This document shows positions 24,232-36,400 of a stretch of DNA of 64,000 nucleotides, piece by piece. Where the stretch lies: contig CM102289.1 in NCBI GenBank assembly GCA_046563655.1, positions 3,348,001-3,412,000 on the forward strand, in the 5' to 3' direction. The position numbers were made by a program, and so were the translations under genes. The notes under the pieces are model-generated. The model was given only the letters and a program-made list of their open reading frames with translations. It did no database searches and had not been told where the DNA came from. Numbering within the stretch: position 1 is the first letter of the stretch; each line of letters starts with the position of its first letter. Source of the stretch: Yuukianura sp. NJ FZ-2021 (taxonomy: Eukaryota).

Positions 24232-27200
24232 GTAATTACAAATTGCAAAAAAATCAGTTGTAATTTACACCTGATGTAATTTACAAATTATGTAATTTCA
24301 GCTTCCATTGCTCCTTCTTGTTGCAAATTAATGTTAGTGAAATTTAAGTAATTGAAATTTAGTTTTGACAAAGACATGTTGTTGATCTTGTTATTTTAGT
24401 ATTTTTTAAATTTAACTTGCAGGAAGATGCAACTGAGAACTTTTGAAGTTACATCGCAAAATCTCTGCGTGATGCTAGATTATGCTACGCATTTTTGCTG
24501 TGAAACTATCATGCAACTAAGTTTGTTTTGGACGTTGGAAGATGAGGTAATCCCGTTGTGAAAGATTAGATTGTCAAGATGTCATTGTCCTTTGAACGAA
24601 CGGAGAAAGTCCCTGCCAAGGGCCTTCTAATCTATAGGTTGTCAGTAGGATTGGAAGACAGGTCTAGAGTTCCATTGCTACAAAAACAGAGAGTGACACA
24701 ATGTAGAGGTTGAAGGTGTTGAGTTGTTCCCAATGGAAAGTTCATGCCAGTAAATACTCTTATAAAGGTTTTTCTTGTCATTCTGTAACACGCAAGCAAT
24801 GTGTCACTCTCTTTCCTCAAGAAAAGGCGGAAGGAACGTTTTCATTTGAAACGAAGAAAGTTTTGGTTGCTTTTCTCATTTCCTGTCTCACCCCTCAAGT
24901 GCCCTTATCGTGTCCAATTGGACAAGATTTGCTGGTCAGATTGCGGCTTGTGATGAGTGGAGCTTGTATCGAGTTTTAGGCTTTCTTTTGGAAAGAGCGA
25001 AGTTAAAGAAGACGTTAAGAAGCCTTTTCTCAGGTCAAACCACTCTTGACACACCTTGCGGCTTTTCTAGACTAACAGAATTAGCCCTATTAGCTCAACT
25101 CTGGCTCCGAGAAAAGCAGTAATCGCATTTAGCTGTTTACAGGTTTCTGTTAATCGCATTAGTAGATTCAAATTACTTACTACTAAATGAATTGCCTTAG
25201 TTTCCTTTGACCTTTCGTTTTCTTATAGAATTCGGTGAAAGCAAGTTTCTTTCCACTTTTTGTGAAAACAAGTTTCGTTTGATTACATAAAAACCTATGC
25301 ATTTTTCAAAATAACAATGCCATAATTTTTTGGGATTGAATAGGGTTTTGGCAACAAAAAAAATCCATTAAAGTGCTTCAGAGCAAGCAGTTTGTTGGGT
25401 AGGATAGACAATAGTAGTAGTGTGAGAGTTCACATAACTTGAGAACTTCTGTAGTAAAGTAAAATTATGAGATGCTTCACTTTCACTTTTCCACGAGGAT
25501 TTGTTTATCTTAGTTTTATTTGCGGGAAAAGCCTTTTTGAATTGGATTCTCGGTTGAGAAGACTTTGTTCTAAAACTGCCTTCACATACGACAGTTTTTC
25601 TCAAAAAATAAAAGTAAACGATGTGACTCAACTCAGATGCTACAGAAGTATCTCAATTTATTCAAATACTTGGGAAACTAAAAGAGCCCTTAATTGAAAT
25701 CTTGATTCCTATTGCTTCATTCAGGTGAAAGTAGACAGATAATGGAGCCTCAAGTCTTTATTTGAATAGTAGCAGATGAGACTTGAATGACACTAATGTG
25801 TGAGTTGCCATCCACTTTCCAAGCATCAGCATTTCAGTTTCCAGCATCAGCATTTCCAAAGGCCCCTGACCCAATTTCAAACTTATTGGAAAACAATCCA
25901 AGGGCTTTAGAACAGACGCAGAAGCCAGTGAAGCTCCCATTTACTTGTCTGTTTCTAATCCTTTGACAGAGATGGGCCTCCAGCACTAGATTGGCTGTAG
26001 ACCTAACCTAAATTTTCTCCCATGCATAATAATTTTACGTTATTCAACATTTTCTATGCTTTTCAGTTACAGCTCTATTGTCATTGTGTCTAGAAACAGG
26101 ATCAGCTTTATCCTTTACATGTTATTCGCATGTTCAAAAAGAAGACAATGGCAGGCCAGATTCCATTGTAATTGAATTCCAGAGTTTTCTCTCTATTCTA
26201 CTCTTCCTCTGCATCCTCGTGGGCATGAAATCTTTGTTCAAAAGGCTCCATGTATGTGAATATTTCAACATAACTTGTTCCCCGTGTTTTATTATTCTTT
26301 TTTTCTCGCATGTCGATATTCCTTAAACTTTTAATCTATGCGGTGGAGGAAATGAGGTTACAGCATACGCTTTCACTCTGATTGGAATCCATTGAATCTT
26401 TGTTGTTTCCTGGAAGAAAGTTGTGTCTCAAGAGGAAATGCCCCTCATAAAGAAACTGTGTAGTGTGATCTCTGGCCTTCGTGCCAGTACTTCAGGATCC
26501 TCACTAACCCAACCGCAGTACACCATTAAACCAAAACCTCACTAAAAAATTCCATTAGCTTTCCTCAACTAAAAAGCTTTTCGCTGTGAGCTTCAGAGGT
26601 GGAATAATATCCGACTTGGGAGATCTATTCTTCTGCACTCCGTCTCTTCCAGCTTCCTTTTGAGCCACAAATAATTAAACTGAAATTTTTCATTGTTTTA
26701 TTTTGTTTCACTTCTAGTAGTGTCAAACCCACAGGAGGATAGAGAGGGTTGAGATATAGAATAAGTTGTATAAGTTAGGTTTATAAGTTATAAAAGTTAA
26801 CTTTTAGAATTAGGTTAACTTGTTAGCCTAATATAATGGATGTTACAGGAGAAAGTGTTGACGATGCTTGGATTTGTGCAAACAAAGAGCCTCTATCGGG
26901 CGAAGATTGAACTAATGGTTGCAATGGAAAGCAGGAATCACTTTCACTCTGTTTTCTCCCTTCGGCCACGGTGAGGCTAAAACTTTCACAAGAATTCCGT
27001 CTTTTGTTGTTTTCCAGGCTGCTTAGCCCCTACGGTAGGCTATTACTTGCATAAATTAACAACTTGACAGCCTTAGTCTCCTGCCTAAGCCAAGCACAAC
27101 ATAATTAAAACACACACAATTTTCATTTTCATTTTAGCTGGATGAATAAAATTACTTGTCACAACACGTTGAATTGAAAAGTCTTTTTGGTTTTTGTTTA

Positions 27201-27979
27201 AATTTTTCTGAATAAAAACAGTGTTTCAAGTTTGTTTTAGTTGAAGTATGCTTCGAACATTTTCCCGGAGTATTTGAACTGAAAGGTTTTTATTTGACGG
27301 TTTGTATGCAACAGACAGCATTCATTTCCAATTTAGATTTTGAAAATGACAGTTACCTTGTGATACCATGAAGAGTTTTTAGAGACTCTTCTATTCATGG
27401 CACAAAATTCTAATTTGGAGAAAATGGAGAGCAAAACACTTTGGGGATGTTTTATCTGAAAAAGAAAGTTTGCAGGAACTTTTATTTCTGTTTCCCTTTG
27501 GCACAGTGGTTCTGACTGCTAAAGAGGTAGGCGCAAAAAAATTTTTTATAGACAAAAGATGCATTGGGGAAAGTGCTATAACGAATCAACTTTCGTAAAC
27601 CCTTCCCACATTAGGTGTATACTTTTGCCGAGAAAGGCGACAAAGAATAAAGGATGCAGATTCAAAATTTTGAAATTTAATTGAAGCAGACATAAAAATC
27701 CACAACCTAATTCCCAAATTCAGGATATTTTGACAATGTATTTTTGAATTTCGAAATCGTTTGTATATTTACAAACATGTTTCTTTTTCAAACTGAGTTT
27801 CATCAATAATTTGGGTAAAACACTTTTTTCAGCGACAAGCAATTAGAAGTGGCAACTAAAGCTGCAAAAAAGTGAAACACAACAATAACTTAACTTAAAA
27901 ACTGAAAATTTATTTTTTAATTTTCAATGAGAAAAGTATAAATTTTTAACATGAGAAAATGTTTTAAAAAAGGCAGTAC

Positions 27980-28873
27980 GGAAAAATTTTCCTTTAGTGG
28001 AAAAATTCGGATAATTTTGAAAATTTTTGTGTAAACTCTCTATCGACCCCTGATACCAAAAAGCAAAAAAAATTTTCCCGGAAATCAAAATTTCCCCAAA
28101 AAAATTTTTTTTGAAATTTTTTTTTTCGATTTTTTTTTGTCTCAGAATTTGATGAAAATCAGTTTTTAGACTAATTCATGTATGGAGAACACGAATCTGC
28201 AATCAGATTTGCGCTTTCTCATCAAACAACAAAGTTATGATTCTTTGAAATTTTTTAAAATGTCCTAACGCGGACTTTGCGGACTTAAGACAATAGACCG
28301 AGACCCTACAGACTAATCAAATCACTATTGCGTGCTTTACCAAACCTAACTCCGCGCCTTCGGCGCGGTACGTCATGCTAGACTTCTCGAACTTAATCAG
28401 GATTGCCTAACCTAACCTAACCTAGCCTATGTTCGTATAGCCAGACTTAGACAATGAAACCTACAGTCGTAATTAGTATTGCTAACTGTGTCACTATAGC
28501 CAAACTGACACACTAGACCAAAAAAATGAAAAGGCAAACAAAATAAACCTGAGTTCCGGGAAGGTCGCCCGGTCTAGCGCCACAACGCCCAAGTTTTTAA
28601 AGTTTTAAAAATCATAACTTTTTTGTTTGACGAGACAGCGCAAATCTGATTGCAGATTCGTGTTCTCCATACATGAATTAGTCTAAAAACTGATTTTCAT
28701 CAAATTCTGAGACAAAAAAAAATTCGAAAAAAAAAATTTCAAAAAAATTTTTTTTTGGGAAATTTTGATTTCCGGGAAAATTTTTTTTGCTTTTTGGTAT
28801 CAGGGGTCGATAGAGAGTTTTCACAAAAATTTTCAGAATTATCCGAATTTTTCCACTAAAGGAAAATTTTACC
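27980..28873. mobile_element. Non-autonomous Merlin-like DNA transposon (MITE) with about 280-bp TIRs and 8-bp TSD
   Basis: TIRs at about 27980-28260 and 28594-28873 are near-identical inverted copies, starting GG(A/T)AAAATTTTCC. An exact TSD ggcagtac lies at 27972-27979 and 28874-28881. GG...CC ends with an 8-9 bp TSD are typical of Merlin. No transposase ORF. An alternative reading gives CGG...CCG ends with a 6-bp TSD. Confidence 0.88.
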
Positions 28874-29897
28874 GGCAGTACTATAAATGATGGTTAACGA
28901 CATAGCAAAAAAAAGTAATCAAGTTAGAATTCAATATCATCGTCCCTTTGCTACAGAGTTACGCAAATGACGAAAGTTGGATGGCGGCTGGTTGCGTGGG
29001 ATAATGTGTATTTTGATTGATGGAGGAAGAAACTACGGGGATCCTACGGCGTTGATTTTGCAAACATTGAGAATGAACAAAAGCTGTTGCATCAGTTCCT
29101 GCTCAAGTTACAATATTCAGTTGATACAAGAACAAAACCTAAACGAGAATCAAATTGACTATCCGCACTTTGTTGGCTTTAAGTTATTCTATTCTCCTGT
29201 AACCAATTTCCATTCATTTTCAAACCATCTACTGAAAACTGACGAGGAGAAACAATGAGTAGAGGGCAGGAATCGATCTACCAACTTTTCTTTTCTTCTG
29301 ATTGTAAAAGTTTTCACTTCTTTTCATTTGTTTTCAGTTGCTAATTCAAGCTAAGAATGGAGAGCAGGGCTGGGTTCACTGAAGCGTTGACTTTTAAGGC
29401 AAGTAGTTCATTAGTGTAAAGTGGAAATAGGCCACTGAATTGCTTTGATTGTTGAGGTTGATGTTCCTTCTGTTCCAATTGTTCAAAGGCATGGAAAGCA
29501 AGGTTTCTCAAGTTGATTCCTTGATTTCTTGCTTTTAAAGAAGAACTTTCACTTTTTTTTCTGCAGGTTGGTTGGAGACGAAGCGGAGAAAGTAAAAAGC
29601 CAAACCTAACTTAGACTTTTTTGAACTGCTACAAGATGACTTGAACTTTCGGGGCTTCTGGTGGCTTTCCTGGAACTCTAATTCATCAAAGATCGCTTCA
29701 GCAACTTATCTTATGCTTGTTGCTTCAATTGAAAGTGATTGAAAAAGTCTCCGTGCAGCATATGGTATTACGTTAAAGCATCCTTAACCAAATGATTGTT
29801 TCACTCCTTGTAGTTACCAAATTTTGATTAATGATAAAAACCTAGAGTAAAAAGAGTGTGAGATTATTAAGTAACGTAAGTTACTTATTGGTTTGAC

Positions 29898-29929
<32 letters not shown>

Positions 29930-30047
29930 GCCGGCCGTCAGCGGCGATTATCTCGGGAACCGCTCAACATTTCCGGGATCTGTTTTCACCGGTGGACACC
30001 TAGTGACCCGGTGATGTTCACTATTGAATATCATCCCGGTGGGTCAA

Positions 30048-30322
30048 CTCCTTCCGGGTCAAAGGTCAAGGTCAACCGGTTTCATCCCCGGTAACATGCA
30101 AAATGACCTCTACAAAAGTTGTTCGTCTCATCGAGACCAACAACTTTTGTGTACTCACATGACCTCAAGTGACCTCCTTCCGGGTCAAAGGTCAACCTCA
30201 ACCGGTTTAATATCCGGTAACATGAAAAATGACCTCTACAAAAGTTGCTCGTCTCATCGAGACCAACAACTTTTGTGGACGTGACGTGAACCCAGGTGAC
30301 TTCCTCCCGGATCAAAGGTCGA
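30048..30322 (+). repeat. About 126-bp tandem repeat (two full copies plus a partial third) inside the HINE
   Basis: ctccttccgggtcaaaggtcaa...atgacctctacaaaagttg.tcgtctcatcgagaccaacaacttttgtg starts at 30048 and 30174, with a partial copy near 30301. Confidence 0.9.
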
Positions 30323-30357
30323 TTTTTTTTCGCTTTTACGCCCTGATAGGGGGCACC

Positions 30358-30456
30358 CCATCTTCACTCCCCCGGGTGAAGACATCTCTACTCCCCCGGG
30401 GGAATCCATCTCCACTCCCACGGGAGAAACCCATCTCCACTCCCACTGGGGGGGGG
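30358..30456 (+). repeat. About 24-bp GC-rich minisatellite (4 copies) inside the HINE
   Basis: The unit catct(c/t)(c/t)actccc(c/a)..ggg is repeated four times. Confidence 0.85.
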
Positions 30457-33400
30457 CGGAAAAGCGGGTGGAACCCACCCCACTCCCCCCTCCCACCGGG
30501 GCTTACGTTACTTACGTACACCGGTTGACAACCGTTTATTTGGATGAGTACTGTGCTGGTGGAGAAAGGAGAAAGCCTAGTTCCTGCACAATGTGTGTTC
30601 GGGTGGAAGCTGTGTTTCCTGGAAGGGTTGGAAGCTTCCCTGACCATAGCCGAACATTTCCGCACGGAACTTGATGGACAAGCACCGGTCCGGACAGAAA
30701 ATCCGGCTACGGTTTATAATGCACGTCAAGTTATAGGAAATATTTAGATTATGTTCGGTTAGGATTTGCAAGTGCCTGTGTGGTCCAACACACGATGTAC
30801 AAGTTGCCGTCCAAGGAAGTTCCGGAATGCTGGCGACGGAGTCTAGGTGTGTGTCTATGGTTGTAGGGATGCTGGATCCATTGAAGCCCATGGACCACAC
30901 TTTGTGCCTGTTCCAGCCCTTCCTGCCTAGCTCCATGTCTGAGGAGCCAGGGATTGGTCTGGGAGGAGTCATCCAGTTAGAATCTCCAGATCGATTTTTC
31001 CCACCACTTTCCCTTCAGAAGGAATCTCAACGAAAGACTCCGACCTCAATCCTCGACTCTCCCTCCAGAACAGCCAGAGAGGTCCAATTGACACAGACAC
31101 GGAGACAGACCAAGCCACCCGAGCCAGTGCTCCCGTTAACTCCATCCCTAGCCTCAGCTAAACAATACTTCCAAAGTATTGGTCAGGAGTCACCGTAGTA
31201 CGGGGTCACAGGTTACGCACACTGAGACGCAGCGTCACTTTTTGTCAGTTTGGCGTCGGTTGTCCGTGTCTCCGCTCCAGAAATCTGCAATTGTCTTCAA
31301 AAGTTTCAACTTTCTCTTTCTCAACGGTAAGGATTTTCTTCTGGCTGGTTCCAGACGAAAACCTTTCACCGTGTGCGCCAAGAAAAAAGGATTTTGAGCT
31401 TGTGCTGACACTTTTGTTGTGTCTGACACAAATTTTCAACAATGGAAATTTGTTGCACATCTAATTGTTAACATTGGAGACAGCACGGACATGACAAACT
31501 CCATCATCACCAGGTTGTCATTGGCAACCAGTAATTAATTACCATTGCCAGTGTCGTCGTTTTGTCCAAACAGTTTCCATTATCTTTACAAATCGCCTGT
31601 CAGTTGAAAAATGAAATTGAAGTAATCCCTCCAGGAATTTAGTGACAAGACAGAGTCCACTGTACGCTTCAATGAGCACGTAACACGAACATAATCAAAT
31701 TGTAATTAAAGGCATTCCCAGTACAACATTCCTAACCTAAGAATTCTTCCCTTTGTAACACTTTCAGTTCAACTTTGACCTACTTTTAAGACAAAGTCAC
31801 ATCAATCACGTCCTCATCCTATCACTTAACTTTCTCCATTTGAAATGTTCTCAATTTCAACAGATAACGGGAGCAGGAGAGGAACTCAGCCGAGGAAGAA
31901 TAAGCTAGGAAAAGCCTTCTGGGAGTGAAAGATCTTCGGGAAGGTGCCATGGTGAGGCCTGGGAATTATGCAAGGTTCCTTCTCTCACTACTGGCCTACT
32001 TCTTCTGTCTTCCAAGGAGTAAGTGATGCTGCTAATTTTCTTTTTTAAGCTCCAATTTCAAATTTTAGCGCCTAATTTTACCTAGTGGTTGGTCCTACTT
32101 CGGCTATCGAGTACTAAAAGTCCAATCAATCATTACAAATTGTCAACTGAGCCATTCATCATAAAGAAACTGAGGGAGAAAGAAGGACATGTTTGTAAAG
32201 TGGGTTTGGCTCAAGTGCGAGGATGTTGACAGGAAATAAAGAGGAAGAGTTGTGCAATCCAAAGAAGAGAAAAAAATAGCGAAAGCCAAAATTGAGTTTT
32301 CATGTTTGGTGATCCGCAGGAATCGGAGTGAAAGTTTTTGGATATCAATGGTGTAGTATTAGTTACAAATAAGGACCAATTTCATACAAATTTCATTTTC
32401 AAATTGTGGCGTCAAAAAAAAATTTTTTTTTCTCATTTTCTCTTCTTGAGTTTTTGGAGAAAGTAAGAGCAGTCAGGCAACTGCAAAAATAAAAGCCTAT
32501 CTTTTCCTGGATTTTCTTCTCCTTCATCTAGATTATTAAAAGCGGAAGAGAACTGAATAAATTAGTTTGCAGGAATCCGCGCCGTTTCCTTTACATCAGA
32601 TATGCTACGAAGGCGTTTTTACACATACATATGTAGGTCTAGAGACCTAAAATATGTGCACTGAAGATTTCAGCACGAACTTCCACACGTAACCTGAAGA
32701 AAGTTCTTTTGTCGCAAGGAGGAAGCGGGAGAAAGTATGAATGTAGTTCAAAGACGGCTTGTTCATGGAATACAGTGAAGGCAAGCCAAAATTCATGAAA
32801 ATGAAGTTTCTTTTTCAACAATTCCCTGAGCGAAGTAGTCTTCTTCGTCTCGCCAGTTGGTTTTACAAGGAAACCAAAAGGAGCCTATCCCGTTAACTTT
32901 TGACTCGTTTTGAAAAGAAAGTTTAAAAAGAGCGAAGAGTCTTCTGAAGCTAAACAAGGTTCAAACTCTGGCACCGGAGGAGTTCTCAGTGCATAAGTAA
33001 TGACTAGACGATCTGCCAAGTTAAGATATAAAGAGATCCTTATAAAAAAAGAGAACTCCTCAACTTTCAAATCAATCCAATCTTGGATTTCTAGAACAAA
33101 TTAATGCTCTGTCAAAGCTAAAAGCTTCTCGCAGTTATTCAATTAATGATTACCTTTGAACTCCTTCTCCGTTTCAATCATTTTGAAGCTTCTTTTTTAC
33201 AATTGCATTATCAAATTTTTGAATTTAACTCAATTGCACTTTTGACTACACTTCTTTCAAAAAATATTATTTCTTCTAAAAATTTTTTTCACAATCTAAA
33301 TTGGAAATCATGGAAGAAAGAATTTTGAAGGAAAAACTAAATTTCATTTACTAAAAAAATTGAAATCATCTAAATTGTACTTACAATGACAAAACTGGAA

Positions 33401-36400
33401 AAAACTGGGAAACGAACTATAACCAAAATGGAAGAAGAAAACGTCTAGCTTCAAACATAACTTTTGAAAGAAAACCATAAGCAAATATAACAAAATTATA
33501 TAAAACAGTATAACCAGACCCGTTTTCACCAAAACAGGAAAAGTGTTTTCACCTACACGCCCTTTTCCTTCCGCCTTGTCTGACACCCAACCATCTTCTG
33601 CAGAAGTCATTTCCTGTGCAATGGATATGAAAAGAAAGTTATGAATTTGTCGTTGACTTTTCATCTTTTGAACAAGTTTGAGCCGTCAGAACATTTGAGA
33701 AGAAAGAAGGACTGACTTTTCCCTTCATTCATCAAGTTAAGATGACAGTTCTATAGGGTTTCGGCATGCCTAAGCTCCTCGGCTCCGAATTTCTTAAGTT
33801 TGGTAGAGACAGGAGTGAGAAAGGCACGGCTGAGATGAACTTGGAGAGACAGTTTGTCACTTTGAATTTTTAGCTGCAGGTTATGCACACATGGTTTCAC
33901 TCTGTTCAAGCCAAAAGTAAAGATACAGGAAGTTCTAAATAACTTTGTTTGCCTTGTTACAAACCGGTTCCAGGAACATCCGTGCCCATTGTATCTTTCT
34001 GGCTGATTTCAGAGAAAGCACAGATTACCTTCATGGCCACTCACCCGAGCCAAAAACCGAAATGTTTAACGTAAAGTCAAGTAAAGTTCAGGTTATGTGA
34101 AGTTAGCCTAACCTGAAATTAAAACAGGATTCACTTCTGTGTAAGCAGCGTCCATTCCAGGCACCTGCTGAACACATAGGTGGCACTTTCATGTGCTCAG
34201 GGCTTTTAATTAAAGGCCGCTAATTTCCAAAACTGGGAGCTGCTTTTGAACAAAGCCTTTCTCCCACTCCTCGTTAGTTTGTTACATCTATTTCCCAGTT
34301 TCTACCTTCTAATTTTCTGTCCCAACAACTATACTTTTCCAACTCTTCAGGGCTTAATTGAATTCAATGTTAGTCTTACTAAATCCTGGATTGGAATAGT
34401 AAGAACCCTGTTTAGAATTCTAAAGGGCGACGGAAGCTTGGAACACGAAGGGGGCTACTAGCTAAACTTTTCTTTTTTCCACTTCAAATCCAATATGCGG
34501 AAAGAAGAAAAAAAATTAAAAGGAAAGTTGGCCATGGAGCTTGTTAAGTGGCTCCGTAGTTTTTCAGCGTAAGAACATCCCTGTTACTTTATCTGCGTCC
34601 AAGACTACACCACTACTGCAGTGAAAGTAAGTGCGGCACTGCGGTTATCTTGATATGAATCACGTTCGCCCACTTCCCGTCTGTATTCTACCGTTCCCCT
34701 CCAGGAATCTGGATAACCCTAATAAAAATCTACCTTAAAGGCGGAGGAAACACATCTTTTGAAATTCTGAATTCCGTAAAAGTCGTGAATTTGATAAAAT
34801 TCGGGAATTTTTTGAAGCCTAACCTTCCAATTTTTGAAATTCTGGATTTTTTAAGGATAAACTAGAGGTAATAGCTGATGAGGTTAAGGTATGACATGGG
34901 ATTGTGACTTTGTGAGTTCCTGGAAACGACAGAAGGCGTCACATTCAAAGGGAAATAAAGCGTGAGATACTACGGTATTAGAGGGCGACGAGAGTTTTAG
35001 CAGGAATTATTCTCAGGGGAAAGTCATAGGCTTCGTTTCTATTCTTTCTTGGGAGAAAGCTTCCGCAGGGCCGTAACTCCTACAAAAAAAAACATAACAG
35101 GACCGTAATGTACATGGATGTTAGGTGCAAAGAAAAATTCGTTGCCATGACTCCACAACTCCTGAATTGCATGCATTACATGGCGCACGGAAGTGTCTAC
35201 GCCTCTTGATGAAGCTCAGGAAAGTGTTTCTATTTTCTAAGAATCTTTTATGACTTGTTCCAACTGGGAATGCTGGTGATTGATGCTGCCAGAGCACTTC
35301 CCGACAGAATCCTTGGACATAAATTCAGGAGGTTGGACTTTCGTATGCAAATTGTACACAAAACGTGCAGCTAGTACAAACATTGCCGTTTCTCAGTCCT
35401 AAGTCGACAAGTCCAATACTGTTGTTTCCTAAATTGCTTGGGAAAGAAAATGAAGACAAAATTGGAGAAAGGTGCTCAATCATTTTGCTTTCTCTACGGT
35501 GAAAGTTCGGTTAAGTTTATCCTTCCTCCAGAATTTGTCTCTGTCCCCGCACTGTGATTTCCCACAGTGGAAGTTTGTGTGGCTGTAATTAAATTAGCAC
35601 TGAAACAGAGTCTTGTTCGAGGTTAGTTGGTAGGAAGGACGCTGGTAAATCGCTGTCTATCCTTTCCCTCCCAGATCATTTCCACCATCTTGGAAACCTT
35701 TTCCAAAAAGTGTCAATTTACAGTTTCTCAGGTTAGGTTCTAAGAACTTGATTTCAAGTTAGACGTTGGTTTCAGTATCGTTGGCCTCTTAAACGAAATA
35801 GAGAGCTGAGGATTATTTTGGAAAAGGCACGGAGAGTGTCCAAACAGTTTAGACTCAGGGGAATGAAAGTGTTTCGGGAGGCTGTCAACCTCTAACAAGG
35901 TAAAATGCGTTTGAGACAGACTTGGAAAACCAGGAGAAAGCAAGTCTATTGAAGAACCACCATGTGCTACTTTACTAAGTTTGACAATGATCATTTCCAT
36001 CAGACCAAAAGTAGTTTGTGAAAGAGTAGGTTCTGGTGAACTCAATTTCTTGGTGCTCCTTACTTCATATATTACCAATTCTAGCTTTGATTTGATGAGA
36101 TGTGACGGAGAAAGTAATACGAAAATTAGAAAACTTTTCAGAAAACGAACTCATTTCAACCATAAACATGTATTCTAAAAACCTCTTTTGGTTTATTCCA
36201 ATTCCGTTGATAAAATATACTGGAAAAGTGGTGTAAAACGTAAAGCGAGATGAAACGCTGACAGTTTAAACTGCTCAAGCCGAGATTGAACGAAAAACGA
36301 CCAATTAGGAATTCGACAGATCAATTGTTGAGCTCTTCCCAGAGATGTGTTTGGAGTTAACGATTTCTGGAGCTGGACTGGAAGAGTAGAAAATTGATTG

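Larger units (their letters stand above)
29864..30541 (+). mobile_element. Complete Helentron-associated non-autonomous element (HINE / DINE-1-like)
   Basis: 13-bp subterminal inverted repeats taagtaacgtaag (29868-29880) and cttacgttactta (30502-30514); 5' stem-loop taagtaac-gtaa-gttactta; (GTCT)7 at 29901-29928; central tandem repeats; 3' hairpin cggttg-a-caaccg (30522-30534) followed by a T-rich end; no TSD. Confidence 0.85.

Noticed and set aside
30048..30456. Repeat arrays considered as CRISPR
   Set aside because: Tandem units without unique spacers, inside a eukaryotic transposon, with no cas genes.
31179..31326. Possible nAChR exon 1 ending FLFLNG|gtaagg in phase 1
   Set aside because: No in-frame ATG after the upstream stop, and a poor signal-peptide core.
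30544..31460. Cluster of overlapping ORFs in a GC-richer block
   Set aside because: The frames I translated show no recognisable domain; long ORFs are expected from higher GC. A BLASTX search would settle it.
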